DNA from: an uncultured Gemmatimonadales bacterium
GTDB lineage: Bacteria > Gemmatimonadota > Gemmatimonadetes > Gemmatimonadales > GWC2-71-9
Direction of reading: 5' to 3'
DNA length: 64,000 bases
Assembly (NCBI GenBank): GCA_963695555.1
Contig: CAVOGR010000001.1
Location: 736,001-800,000, forward strand
Shown: positions 29,674 to 38,779 of the stretch, one piece after another
Layout of the letters: the number at the start of each line of letters is the position of its first letter
How positions within the stretch are numbered: the stretch's first letter is position 1
Made by a program: the position numbers and the translations under genes
Notes under the pieces: generated by a model
Database searches by the model: none
Told to the model about the DNA's origin: nothing
What the model saw: only the letters and a program-made list of their open reading frames with translations

Positions 29674-30788
29674 CGACCCTCCCGACGTTCGCCGTGGGAC
29701 TCATGTCGGGCACCTCGTTGGACGGTGTCGATGCCGCCCTGGTCCGGATCGCCGATACGACCGATGTATCACTCGTGAACTTCAGAAGCCACCCATACGA
29801 TGATGCCGCCCGGGCTTCGCTCGAACGCGCCTTTTGCCAAGCCACGGCGCGCGAGTTGGCACACCTGCACGTGCAGACGGCGGAATGGGCGGCCGACGCG
29901 GTTGAGGCGGTCCTCGCCGACAGCGGACTGACCGGGGGGGAACTCGGCTTCATCGCGTTTCACGGCCAAACCATTTGGCACGAGCCGCCGGTGGTCAGCT
30001 GGCAGCTCGGCGAGCCCGCGGTGCTGGCGGAGCGATTCGGCACGACTGTGGTGCACAACTTCCGCGCGCGCGATGTTGCCGCCGGCGGCGAGGGTGCGCC
30101 CTTGGTGCCTGTCGCGGACGTGCTCTTGTTCGGTAGCGACACCCAGTCGCGCGTACTGCTGAATATCGGAGGCATGGCCAATCTGACGTTCGTTCCACGC
30201 CGGGGAATGACGGAGGGCGCGTTCGCATTCGACACCGGCCCCGGAATGGCCGTGATCGATGCCGCCTCGCGGCTGGTGGACCCGAGCCTGCCCTACGACC
30301 GGGACGCCGTTCTGGCCACACAAGGGACCGTCGACACCGCGGTGCTCGACGAGCTGCTGCTCGATCCTTACTTCGAGCGCCGACCGCCCAAGAGTACCGG
30401 GCGCGAGCGCTTCGGTGCGGAATACGCCGCGGCGCTCACCGAGCGCGTGCCCGGTCCGGACGCGGTGCGTACCGCGGTCGGACTCACCGCGCAGTCGATT
30501 GCGCGCGCCGTTGCGAAATGGGTGCCGGATGCGGGTGAAGTGGTCGTGTCGGGAGGCGGATCGCGCCACCCCGTCCTCATGCAGCAGTTGGCTGAGCACC
30601 TGCGGCACGCGACCGGTCGTCCGCTTACCATGCTGCGCTTCGACGACCTCTTCTTCACCGGCGATGCCAAGGAAGCCGTGGCGTTCGCCTTGCTTGGGTA
30701 TCTCACGCTTGCGGGTGCGGCGGGAAACTTGCCGGCCGCGACTGGGGCTACGGGCCGCCGCGTGCTGGGCGCGATCACGCCACGATGA
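29670..30788 (+). CDS. anmK: Anhydro-N-acetylmuramic acid kinase
   Basis: GLMSGTSLDGVD, HGQTIWH, GGEGAPLVP, NIGGMAN, FDTGPG, PPKSTGRE, KEAVAFA. Confidence 0.96.
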   Translation: MTTLPTFAVGLMSGTSLDGVDAALVRIADTTDVSLVNFRSHPYDDAARASLERAFCQATARELAHLHVQTAEWAADAVEAVLADSGLTGGELGFIAFHGQTIWHEPPVVSWQLGEPAVLAERFGTTVVHNFRARDVAAGGEGAPLVPVADVLLFGSDTQSRVLLNIGGMANLTFVPRRGMTEGAFAFDTGPGMAVIDAASRLVDPSLPYDRDAVLATQGTVDTAVLDELLLDPYFERRPPKSTGRERFGAEYAAALTERVPGPDAVRTAVGLTAQSIARAVAKWVPDAGEVVVSGGGSRHPVLMQQLAEHLRHATGRPLTMLRFDDLFFTGDAKEAVAFALLGYLTLAGAAGNLPAATGATGRRVLGAITPR

Positions 30789-32203
30789 TTCCCGGGCGCC
30801 TCATCGTTCCCGCGCTCCGCTGGAGCTCCGCTACCGGCTTTGCCCATGAGCGCTCGACCATTGCTGAGGCGATTTCGCTCGGCGTGGGTGGGTTCATGAT
30901 CTTCGGCGGCACCGTGCCGGCAGTGCGTGCCTTGGTTCAGGAGCTGCGCGAGCGCGCCGGGCGCCGGCTCCTGATCGGCGCCGATCTCGAACGCGGCGCC
31001 GGGCAGCAGGTGGAAGGTCTCACGGAGCTCCCGCCGCCCGCGGCACTCGCGTCGCTCGGCAAGCGTGAGGTGTGCCGGTGGGCCGGCGCGCTCACCGCGG
31101 CGGAAGCCCGCTCCGTGGGCATCAATTGGGTGTTCGCACCCGTCGGCGATCTCGACCTGGCCGCGGAAAACCCGATCGTGCAGACCCGCTCGTTCGGGCA
31201 AGACCCCGAGCGCGTGGCGACATGTGTCCGGGAGTGGGTCGACGGGTGCCAAGGGGTCGGTGCGTTGGCCTGTGTCAAACACTACCCAGGGCACGGCCGC
31301 ACCCTGTCCGATTCGCACGACACGCTGCCGGTGGTGCCGGTCGATTGGGAGCACATGCGCACCGCGGACCTGGTGCCCTTCCGCGCTGCGGTGGAAGCCA
31401 ATGTTGCCTCGGTCATGACCGCCCACGTGAGCTACCCCGCCATCGACCCCAGCGGGCGCGCCGCAACCTTCTCCAAGTTGATTCTCGACGATCTCCGGCA
31501 CGAGTTGAGCTTCGATGGGCTCATCGTAACCGATGCCCTCATCATGGAGGGTGCCTGCCGTGCCAAAGGCGAGGCCGACGCGGCCGTCCAGGCCGTCCGC
31601 GCCGGGTGCGATCTCGTGTTGCACCCGCGTGACCTGTCCGCGGTGTCCAACGCCATTCATCAGGCACAGTCGCGGGGCGAAATTCCTGAACGCCGGTTGC
31701 ACGATGCCTACCTCCGCTACGAGCAGGCGCTCGAGCGCTCGGCGCGATCGGTCACCTCGCGGCCTGCGGGCCCGTTCAGTGACGTGCAGGAAATGGCGGC
31801 CGCACTGCTCGAGCGGCCGATGCTGCGCGGCGCCCCGCCGGCGCTCACCGAGCCGCTCGAACTCGTCGTGGTAGACGATGATGCCGACGGGCCGGTAGAA
31901 GTTTCGCCCTGCGATGTGGTCGAGAAGTTCCTTCAGGCCGAAGGCGTGGGGATCGGGCCGGGAGGCGATCGCGTCGTGCTCGCCTTCGCGGAGCCGCGGG
32001 GATGGAAGGGCCGAGCGGGTTTTGGCCCGTCCGCGCAGGAGGCACTCCGCGCAGCTGTGCCGACCGCGGCCTTGGTCGTTCTCTTCGGACACCCCCGGCT
32101 CGCGGCTCACGTTCCGGAAGGTCCGCCCATCCTGCTCGCGTGGCATCGCCAGCGGCCGTTGCAGAAGGCCGCCGGTCGCTGGATCCGCGAGCGGGTTCGG
32201 TGA
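30785..32203 (+). CDS. nagZ: GH3 beta-N-acetylglucosaminidase (NagZ-like)
   Basis: ADLERG, CVKHYPGHGRT..DSH, IVTDAL.M; operon context. Confidence 0.85.
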   Translation: MIPGRLIVPALRWSSATGFAHERSTIAEAISLGVGGFMIFGGTVPAVRALVQELRERAGRRLLIGADLERGAGQQVEGLTELPPPAALASLGKREVCRWAGALTAAEARSVGINWVFAPVGDLDLAAENPIVQTRSFGQDPERVATCVREWVDGCQGVGALACVKHYPGHGRTLSDSHDTLPVVPVDWEHMRTADLVPFRAAVEANVASVMTAHVSYPAIDPSGRAATFSKLILDDLRHELSFDGLIVTDALIMEGACRAKGEADAAVQAVRAGCDLVLHPRDLSAVSNAIHQAQSRGEIPERRLHDAYLRYEQALERSARSVTSRPAGPFSDVQEMAAALLERPMLRGAPPALTEPLELVVVDDDADGPVEVSPCDVVEKFLQAEGVGIGPGGDRVVLAFAEPRGWKGRAGFGPSAQEALRAAVPTAALVVLFGHPRLAAHVPEGPPILLAWHRQRPLQKAAGRWIRERVR

Positions 32204-33825
32204 CGGCACTCGATTGGAGCGTGGTTGCCGCCTACCTGGGCGGCACGTTGTTCCTTGGGCTCTGGCTCGCCCGGCGCGGCACCAAGAGCATGGTCGATTT
32301 CTTCGTGGGTGGGCGGGCCATTCCTTGGTGGCTCGCGGCCACGTCCATGGCGGCGACGACCTTCAATGTCGATACCCCGCTGTATGTGGCGGGTGTGGTT
32401 GCCCGACGAGGTGTCGCCGGCAACTGGGAGTGGTGGAGCTTCGCCTTCGCGCACGTTCTCCTTGCCGTTCTGCTCAGCAAGCTCTGGCGGCGGGCCAATG
32501 TTCTCACCGACATGGAGCTCACGGAACTCCGCTACGGCGGGAAGCCGGCGGCGGCACTCCGCGCGGCCCGCGCATTTCTGTTTGCCGTTCCCTTCAATTG
32601 CATATCGATTGGCTACGGGATGCTGGCCATGCGGAAGGTCATGGTCGGATTGGGGGTGTTCGATCATTTGCCGAACCTCCCGGGCGATGACCGTCTCTGG
32701 GCCATTATGCCGATTGTGCTCGTCGTCCTGGTCTACACGGCTGCATCGGGGCTCTGGGGTGTGGTCGCGACCGATTTTCTCCAGTTCTTCCTGGCGCTGG
32801 GTGGCGCGCTGTTGGTCATGGGTTTCGCGCTGGTCGAGGTGGGTGGGCTCGGAGGGTTGACCGACAGCCTGCGCGCCATGGGCGAGGGCGAGAAACTCTC
32901 GCTCGTTCCCGTTGGTCAGGACGCATTGCTCCCGATCTCGACATTTGTAGGCTATCTGTGCATCCAGTGGTGGTCGTTTCGAAACGCGGATGGCGGCGGG
33001 ATGTTCGTCCAACGGCTTTCCGCGACGGCCAACGAACGTGAAGCGACCAAGGCGGCCCATGCCTTCAACATCCTGAATTATCTGATCCGGACCTGGCCCT
33101 GGGTCTTGGTGGGGTTGGCGGCGCTGGTCGTGCTTCCGGGTCTCGAGGATCCCGAGCTTGCCTATCCGCTCCTGATGGTCCGCTACCTCCCGGCCGGCGT
33201 GCTGGGTCTGGTACTGGCGAGCCTCGTGGCCGCGTTCATGTCAACGGTTTCCACGCAGGTCAATTGGGGTGCGAGCTACCTGGTCCACGACCTCTATGCG
33301 CGATTCAGCGGCCAGCGCGACGAGGCGAGGCTGATCCTGTTGGCGCGGGTGGCCACCGTCCTGCTCACCATCACCGCTGCGACTGTCTCCTTCTTCATGG
33401 ACAACGTAGGCACCGTGTTCCGGTTCGTGATCCTCATCGGCACCGGGCCGGGCACAGTGCTTCTGCTGAGGTGGTTCTGGTGGCGGGTCAATGCGTGGAC
33501 CGAGATATCCGCCATGGTGGCCGGGCTCGCGGTGGCGATCGGCTCGTTGTTCGTCACCCTGACCTTCGGGCAGCGACTCATGGTCACGACCTTTGGTTCC
33601 ATGGCCGTCTGGATTCCGGTGATGTTGCTCACCCGGCCCGAGCCGGCCGAGGTGCTCGACCGCTTCTATGCCCGCGTGAGGCCGGGCGGCGCCTGGGGGC
33701 CCGTCCGGTCACGCACCGGCCTCACGGCGCTCGACAACCTCGCGCGCGATGCCGGGCGCTGGGTGGTATGGGTGACCGTGATATTGGGTGGGACGCTGGC
33801 AGTGGGCTGGTTGCTCCTGGCCTAG
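32200..33825 (+). CDS. Sodium:solute symporter family transporter
   Basis: DFFVGGRAIPWW, ATTF..DTP and AAFMSTVSTQVNWGASY motifs; GTG overlaps the nagZ stop. Confidence 0.9.
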   Translation: MTALDWSVVAAYLGGTLFLGLWLARRGTKSMVDFFVGGRAIPWWLAATSMAATTFNVDTPLYVAGVVARRGVAGNWEWWSFAFAHVLLAVLLSKLWRRANVLTDMELTELRYGGKPAAALRAARAFLFAVPFNCISIGYGMLAMRKVMVGLGVFDHLPNLPGDDRLWAIMPIVLVVLVYTAASGLWGVVATDFLQFFLALGGALLVMGFALVEVGGLGGLTDSLRAMGEGEKLSLVPVGQDALLPISTFVGYLCIQWWSFRNADGGGMFVQRLSATANEREATKAAHAFNILNYLIRTWPWVLVGLAALVVLPGLEDPELAYPLLMVRYLPAGVLGLVLASLVAAFMSTVSTQVNWGASYLVHDLYARFSGQRDEARLILLARVATVLLTITAATVSFFMDNVGTVFRFVILIGTGPGTVLLLRWFWWRVNAWTEISAMVAGLAVAIGSLFVTLTFGQRLMVTTFGSMAVWIPVMLLTRPEPAEVLDRFYARVRPGGAWGPVRSRTGLTALDNLARDAGRWVVWVTVILGGTLAVGWLLLA

Positions 33826-33849
33826 CAGGAGCCGCCCGGCACGCGTGTG

Positions 33850-35286
33850 TCAGGGCATCCCGTCGAGGAGTTCGAGGGCATACACGATCGGAACGCTGTA
33901 GAGGATCCGCCCTCGACCACCCGCCTGGCTTCCGTAAACGAGACCCACCACGCTCCCGGTGCGATCGAACACCGGACTCCCACTCGATCCTTCGACGCCA
34001 AACCCGTCGAATTGGATGAGAGTCTGGAGGACCCGCGTCACGGACCCGGGTGATGCCGTCGCGGTGATGCCGACTTGCTCCCACTCGCCCCCCATCGGGA
34101 GGTCGAAGCCCAACGGGTAGCCGATAGTCGCCACCGCGTCCCCGACCGCCACCGGCGGCTCGCGCCATTGGAGCGATGCGACTGCCGGAACGGCACCCCG
34201 CGCGCTCGTCCGAAGCAGGGCGATATCGACGTCGGGGTGGACCGCCACCACCTCGAGGTGCAGGGCACGAGTCGAGCCCTCGAACACGATGTCCAAGGTT
34301 TCCGCCGGTGAGCCATCGATTCCGAGGACCACGTGTTTGGTGGTCAATACCAAACCCTCGATCCGGTCCGACCTGATGCCGAAGCCCGTGCCCGTGACCC
34401 TGGTGCCACCGGGGAACGCGGCCAGCACGATCCCAATCGCCGCCTGGTTGGCCTTCGCGATGGCTTCCAGGTCCAACGCGGCGGCCAGCGTGAGCTGCCG
34501 CTGGAGCGCGAGCGCATCCTCGAGCCGGCGACGGAGCAGCATGACGTCTTCCGGGTCCTGGTCCGGTCGGCTCACGGAGTCGCGCAACTGTGCGGCCTCT
34601 GCCTGCACCGAGTCGAATCGGCCGCGGAGCGTTTCCATGTTGATGGTGAGCGATCCCATCTCCTGCATGAGGCTATCCGCGCGGGCCAAGAAGGTTTGGC
34701 GATCGGCCTCGAAGCGCACATTCTGGCTGACGCGCTGCCATACCAAGGCGGACACCGACAACGCCGCAACGGCGGCGGCCGCATACGTCACGCGGCGCAG
34801 CGGGGCCGTCTGGCGTGCGACTTCGGCACGAATGCGCGTGTGCGTTCCTGGGGTCGGGCGCCACCGGGGGAGCGCGTAGGATGGGGTCGCGTGTCCCCGG
34901 CGCGCGGGTGAGCGCTGGCGCATTCGCACCGGAGGGACGGCGAGTCGGACGCTTCCAGGGTGGTGGTCGGCGGGCTCTCGCACGATCTCGAACCTGACGC
35001 GCGGGCCTCTCGCGCCGAACTGGATGACGTCCTCGTCGGCCAGCAGGTGGTCGGCCGTGAGACGGACACCATTGACGAACGTTCCGTTCACGCTCCCCGC
35101 ATCCCGTAAGACGAAGAAGCTACCTCGTTGAAAGATGGTCGCGTGATGACCCGAGACCTGGAGGTCCGATTCGGGATGGAAGCGGAGATCGGAAGACGGC
35201 TGGCGGCCCACGCTGAGATAAGCACCGTCCAACGTCGTGCTCTCGCCCGAGAGGCCACCGGAGAGAAACGTGAAGCGGGCGCGCAT
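33850..35286 (-). CDS. FHA domain - TM - coiled coil - trypsin-like serine protease
   Basis: FHA (VGR, VSGHHA, S.NGTFVNG); triad TTKHVV / DIALL / EGSSGSP. Confidence 0.85.
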   Translation of the reverse strand: MRARFTFLSGGLSGESTTLDGAYLSVGRQPSSDLRFHPESDLQVSGHHATIFQRGSFFVLRDAGSVNGTFVNGVRLTADHLLADEDVIQFGARGPRVRFEIVREPADHHPGSVRLAVPPVRMRQRSPARRGHATPSYALPRWRPTPGTHTRIRAEVARQTAPLRRVTYAAAAVAALSVSALVWQRVSQNVRFEADRQTFLARADSLMQEMGSLTINMETLRGRFDSVQAEAAQLRDSVSRPDQDPEDVMLLRRRLEDALALQRQLTLAAALDLEAIAKANQAAIGIVLAAFPGGTRVTGTGFGIRSDRIEGLVLTTKHVVLGIDGSPAETLDIVFEGSTRALHLEVVAVHPDVDIALLRTSARGAVPAVASLQWREPPVAVGDAVATIGYPLGFDLPMGGEWEQVGITATASPGSVTRVLQTLIQFDGFGVEGSSGSPVFDRTGSVVGLVYGSQAGGRGRILYSVPIVYALELLDGMP

Positions 35287-36332
35287 TATCGGAGAACCAG
35301 CAGCACGATGGCAATCAGGGCCAAGATGAGACCGACCCACATAAACGAAATCGCCGAACGACGCGGGCTGAGCACCGGCTCGGGCTCGTCGATCACGGCG
35401 GGATGCTCCTCGGTCTCGATGTCGTCCTCGCCTTCCAGCTCGAAGACTTTTCGGCCGGCTGGCGATCCCTCATCCGCCGCGGGCAGACCCTCCCCGCTCA
35501 AACGCACCACGACGACCGTGATGTTGTCGGGCCCGCCGCGCTCGTTGGCTCGCGCGATCAGGGTTGTGCACGCCTGGGCCAGGTCGGGATGCGCTCCGAT
35601 CACTTCCGCTATCTCTTCCGGCTTGACTTGTCCGCTCAGCCCGTCGGAGCACAACACGAGTGTGTCCTCGCGCCGCAGGTCCTGATACGTGAGATCGACC
35701 GTGATGCGAGGCTCCGGGCCGAGCGCCTGAAGAATGATGTTCTTGCGCTGACTGTCTTCCGCTTCTTGCTCCGTGAGCTCGCCGGCGTCGACCAATCGCT
35801 GCATCAAGGACTGGTCCTTGGTGAGTTGGGTGGTCTGGCCACGACGAATCAGATAGGCACGGCTGTCGCCCACCTGGGCCAGATACAGGCTCTGGCCCAG
35901 AATACCGACCACCGTGGCGGTGGTTCCCATGCCACGCACGTCGGGATTCTCGCGCGCATGCCCGTGGATACGGTGATTGGCGAGCTCGAGCGCCTCGCGC
36001 ATGCGGTAGGCGAAACGTTGGGCCGAGGCCTCGTTGTCGGTGGGCCACACGCTCGACATGTGCTCGTAGATGGCCTCCGCGGCCATCGCGCTCGCGAGTT
36101 CGCCTGCCGCTGCCCCACCCATGCCGTCGGCCACGACACAAAGCGAGCCACGGGGCCCGAGTTCATGCTCGCGAACCTCGGGTTTGAGGCTCGCTGACGG
36201 GGCGCTCAGGTTGGCTACCAGAAACGTGTCTTCGTTATGGTCGCGCGTGCGGCCCAAGTCGGTCTTGCCGAAGACCGAGACATGGACCGCTCCCGGTGTG
36301 GGCCCAGGATCGGGATCGCGCTGGCGGGACAC
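35286..36332 (-). CDS. PP2C (Stp1/PstP-like) Ser/Thr phosphatase with a C-terminal TM helix
   Basis: TDLGRTRDHNED, VADGMGG, VGDSRAY, LCSDGL, GGPDNIT. Confidence 0.93.
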   Translation of the reverse strand: MSRQRDPDPGPTPGAVHVSVFGKTDLGRTRDHNEDTFLVANLSAPSASLKPEVREHELGPRGSLCVVADGMGGAAAGELASAMAAEAIYEHMSSVWPTDNEASAQRFAYRMREALELANHRIHGHARENPDVRGMGTTATVVGILGQSLYLAQVGDSRAYLIRRGQTTQLTKDQSLMQRLVDAGELTEQEAEDSQRKNIILQALGPEPRITVDLTYQDLRREDTLVLCSDGLSGQVKPEEIAEVIGAHPDLAQACTTLIARANERGGPDNITVVVVRLSGEGLPAADEGSPAGRKVFELEGEDDIETEEHPAVIDEPEPVLSPRRSAISFMWVGLILALIAIVLLVLR

Positions 36333-36336
36333 GACC

Positions 36337-36591
36337 TCAGCGCCTTCCGTGACCGGGAGAGTTGATGCGCATCGGAATGGCTACGCGAGTGGCGTCGGGC
36401 ACCACGGGCGGGACCTCGGCAAGGAACGGAAGACCTGCCTGGTGGTCTAAGATGGTGGTGGGGGCGCTATTCGATTCCACAGCCGTAGCGTAGCGAGGGA
36501 GCGGCCCCGAGGCTAGGCCCCGACTTCGGCCGTCCCGACCTTGCGGGTCGCCGACAGGTGGTTCCGTGCCTGTGGCTCGATTGGGTTTCAC
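36337..36591 (-). CDS. Possible small hypothetical protein upstream of PP2C
   Basis: GGAGGT then GTG at 36591; stop lies 4 bp before the PP2C start. Confidence 0.35.
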   Translation of the reverse strand: MKPNRATGTEPPVGDPQGRDGRSRGLASGPLPRYATAVESNSAPTTILDHQAGLPFLAEVPPVVPDATRVAIPMRINSPGHGRR

Positions 36592-36730
36592 ATGACCTCC
36601 GGGGCCTCGAGAGCCCGCGGCCGCTCTTTGACGGTGATCCCTGCGCCGGGGCGACAATTTAGGGCTCGCACGCCGGAGCGTCAACCTATCACGTAGCGTA
36701 AGTCCTAGTCCTTGCTTACCTTGTGGACTC

Positions 36731-38767
36731 ATGACCCATTCGCGTGCACTGGCAGCCCTGACTATCGTACTTGCGGGTTGCGCCTCCTCGCAATCCACGC
36801 TGACCCCGCCTCCGGCGCTGACGCCATTGCCGCAGCCCTCGGCGGGCCTCGCACCGGTGAGCCTCGCGGCGTTGGAGGACCGGCTCCCGCGAGTACCGGT
36901 TGTAAAGGGTCCGATTGCGCTCCGCGTGATCTATCCCACTCTCCAGGACCGGGTGGTCGCCGGCGACTCCAGTTTCATCTTTGGCTCGACCGGCACCGGC
37001 GACGCGTCGCTGACCATCAACGGTAATCCGGTGCCGGTCTGGCCGAACGGCGCCTGGCTCGCCTGGATTCCCTTTCCGCCCGACAGTGTGATGCGGTTCG
37101 AGCTCTTCGCCAAGACAGCGACAGACTCCGCCCGCCTCGAGTATGTCGCGCGCCGGAGGCCCGCCTTCATTCCTCCCAGAACGGCACCCTGGATCGATTC
37201 CCGCTCGATTTCTCCGCAGGGCGCGGTGTGGTGGCCGCAGCAGGAGCCGCTCCTCGTCTCGGTACGCGCGTCTGAAGGATCGGCTGTCGCTATCAGGCTG
37301 GCGGACGGTCGACGCATTTCCCTGATGCCGGATCCCAGGTTGGCCGACCTTGCCTGGGGTATTCGGGCGTTCGATCGCGACACCATGAACCTGCGGCCGC
37401 GACTCGAGGCCGACCGCTACGTGGGATCGATTACGGGGGAGACGATTGGTGGAGACCCAGGACCGATGGTGGGTCCGACCCCGGCTACCGGCCGGTGTCC
37501 GCATCATTCCCCGGGCCGGGCGTGCCCGATGGCACGGCGTGATACCGCGACGCCCGTCATGCCCGTGATCGAAGTCATTCACGGTAGCGATACCGTGTCG
37601 GTCCCCTGGCCGGTGCAGATCAGGCCGCTCGATGATGCAGTGCTGGTGGAGTTCGACGACGACACCGCCAGGGTTGGCGACACCGATAGCCTGACCGTCG
37701 GGCGCGCGGCGCCCGGTGCCACGTACCACTGGTTCTTCCCGACCGGGACGCGTGCGGCCGCCGTGGGCCGGATCAATAGCATGCTGCGCCTACGTCTTTC
37801 GCGCGGCGCCGACGCCTGGGTTGCGGTGGAGGACGCACAGCCGCTACCCCCGGGCCGGACCTCGCTCCACGCTCGTGTCGGGTCCATGACACTGTTTCCG
37901 GAAGCGAGTAAAGTGACCGCTCGCATCCCGCTCAGCGATCGGGTGCCGTTTCGGGTCAGTGAGACCGAATCGGACATTGTCATCAAGTTCTATGGCGCGT
38001 ACGGCGACATTGATTGGATACGCTACGGTGGAACCGATCCGCTGGTTGCGCACGTCGATTGGGAGCAATCGTTGGCGGATGAGGTAACGATCATATTTCG
38101 GCTGGCGCAGCCGGTCTGGGGCTATCGGGCCCGGTGGAACGGCAACGACCTTCTGCTGGAGATACGCCGCCCTCCCACGATCGATCAGTCGCACCCGTTG
38201 CGCGGGCGGCTCGTGCTGGTCGACCCGGGGCATCCACCTGCCGGGGCGACGGGCCCGACGGGGTTCCGGGAGGCCGAAGCCAATCTCGCGGTCGCGCGCC
38301 ACCTGAAGGCGCTGTTGGAAGGGGACGGGGCGACGGTGGTCATGTCACGGACCACCGATAGCGCCGTCAGTTTGTGGGAGCGGGTAGCGCTCGCGGATGC
38401 GATCGACGCCGAGCTGCTGATTTCTATCCACAACAACGCCCTGCCCGACGGGGTGAACCCGTTCACCAACAACGGCACGAGCGTGTTCTACAACCATCCG
38501 CGGAGCATCCCGCTCGCCTTCGCAATCCAGCGCGAGCTGGTCAGCGAGCTTGGACTGCCCAACCTAGGCGTCGGCCGTGGAGACTTGGCGCTGGTGCGGC
38601 CAACCTGGATGCCCGCCGTCTTGACCGAGGGGCTCTTCATGATGCTTCCGCGACAGGAAGCCGCGCTCCGGTCCGACGAAGGACAGCGACTCTATGCGCG
38701 GGGCGTGTTCGAGGGGATCAAGGCCTTCTTGAAGGAGCGGGCCAAGGAGAGTAGGCCGCCAGGGTAA
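36731..38767 (+). CDS. Lipoprotein N-acetylmuramoyl-L-alanine amidase (Amidase_3)
   Basis: Lipobox LAGC; VLVDPGH, EAEANL, ISIHNN and PAVLTE zinc-amidase motifs. Confidence 0.9.
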   Translation: MTHSRALAALTIVLAGCASSQSTLTPPPALTPLPQPSAGLAPVSLAALEDRLPRVPVVKGPIALRVIYPTLQDRVVAGDSSFIFGSTGTGDASLTINGNPVPVWPNGAWLAWIPFPPDSVMRFELFAKTATDSARLEYVARRRPAFIPPRTAPWIDSRSISPQGAVWWPQQEPLLVSVRASEGSAVAIRLADGRRISLMPDPRLADLAWGIRAFDRDTMNLRPRLEADRYVGSITGETIGGDPGPMVGPTPATGRCPHHSPGRACPMARRDTATPVMPVIEVIHGSDTVSVPWPVQIRPLDDAVLVEFDDDTARVGDTDSLTVGRAAPGATYHWFFPTGTRAAAVGRINSMLRLRLSRGADAWVAVEDAQPLPPGRTSLHARVGSMTLFPEASKVTARIPLSDRVPFRVSETESDIVIKFYGAYGDIDWIRYGGTDPLVAHVDWEQSLADEVTIIFRLAQPVWGYRARWNGNDLLLEIRRPPTIDQSHPLRGRLVLVDPGHPPAGATGPTGFREAEANLAVARHLKALLEGDGATVVMSRTTDSAVSLWERVALADAIDAELLISIHNNALPDGVNPFTNNGTSVFYNHPRSIPLAFAIQRELVSELGLPNLGVGRGDLALVRPTWMPAVLTEGLFMMLPRQEAALRSDEGQRLYARGVFEGIKAFLKERAKESRPPG

Positions 38768-38779
38768 CCCCAGGGGTAC

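Noticed and set aside
30368..32209. 613-aa minus-strand ORF and similar long antisense ORFs elsewhere
   Set aside because: They are antisense shadows of well-supported genes, as expected in high-GC DNA.
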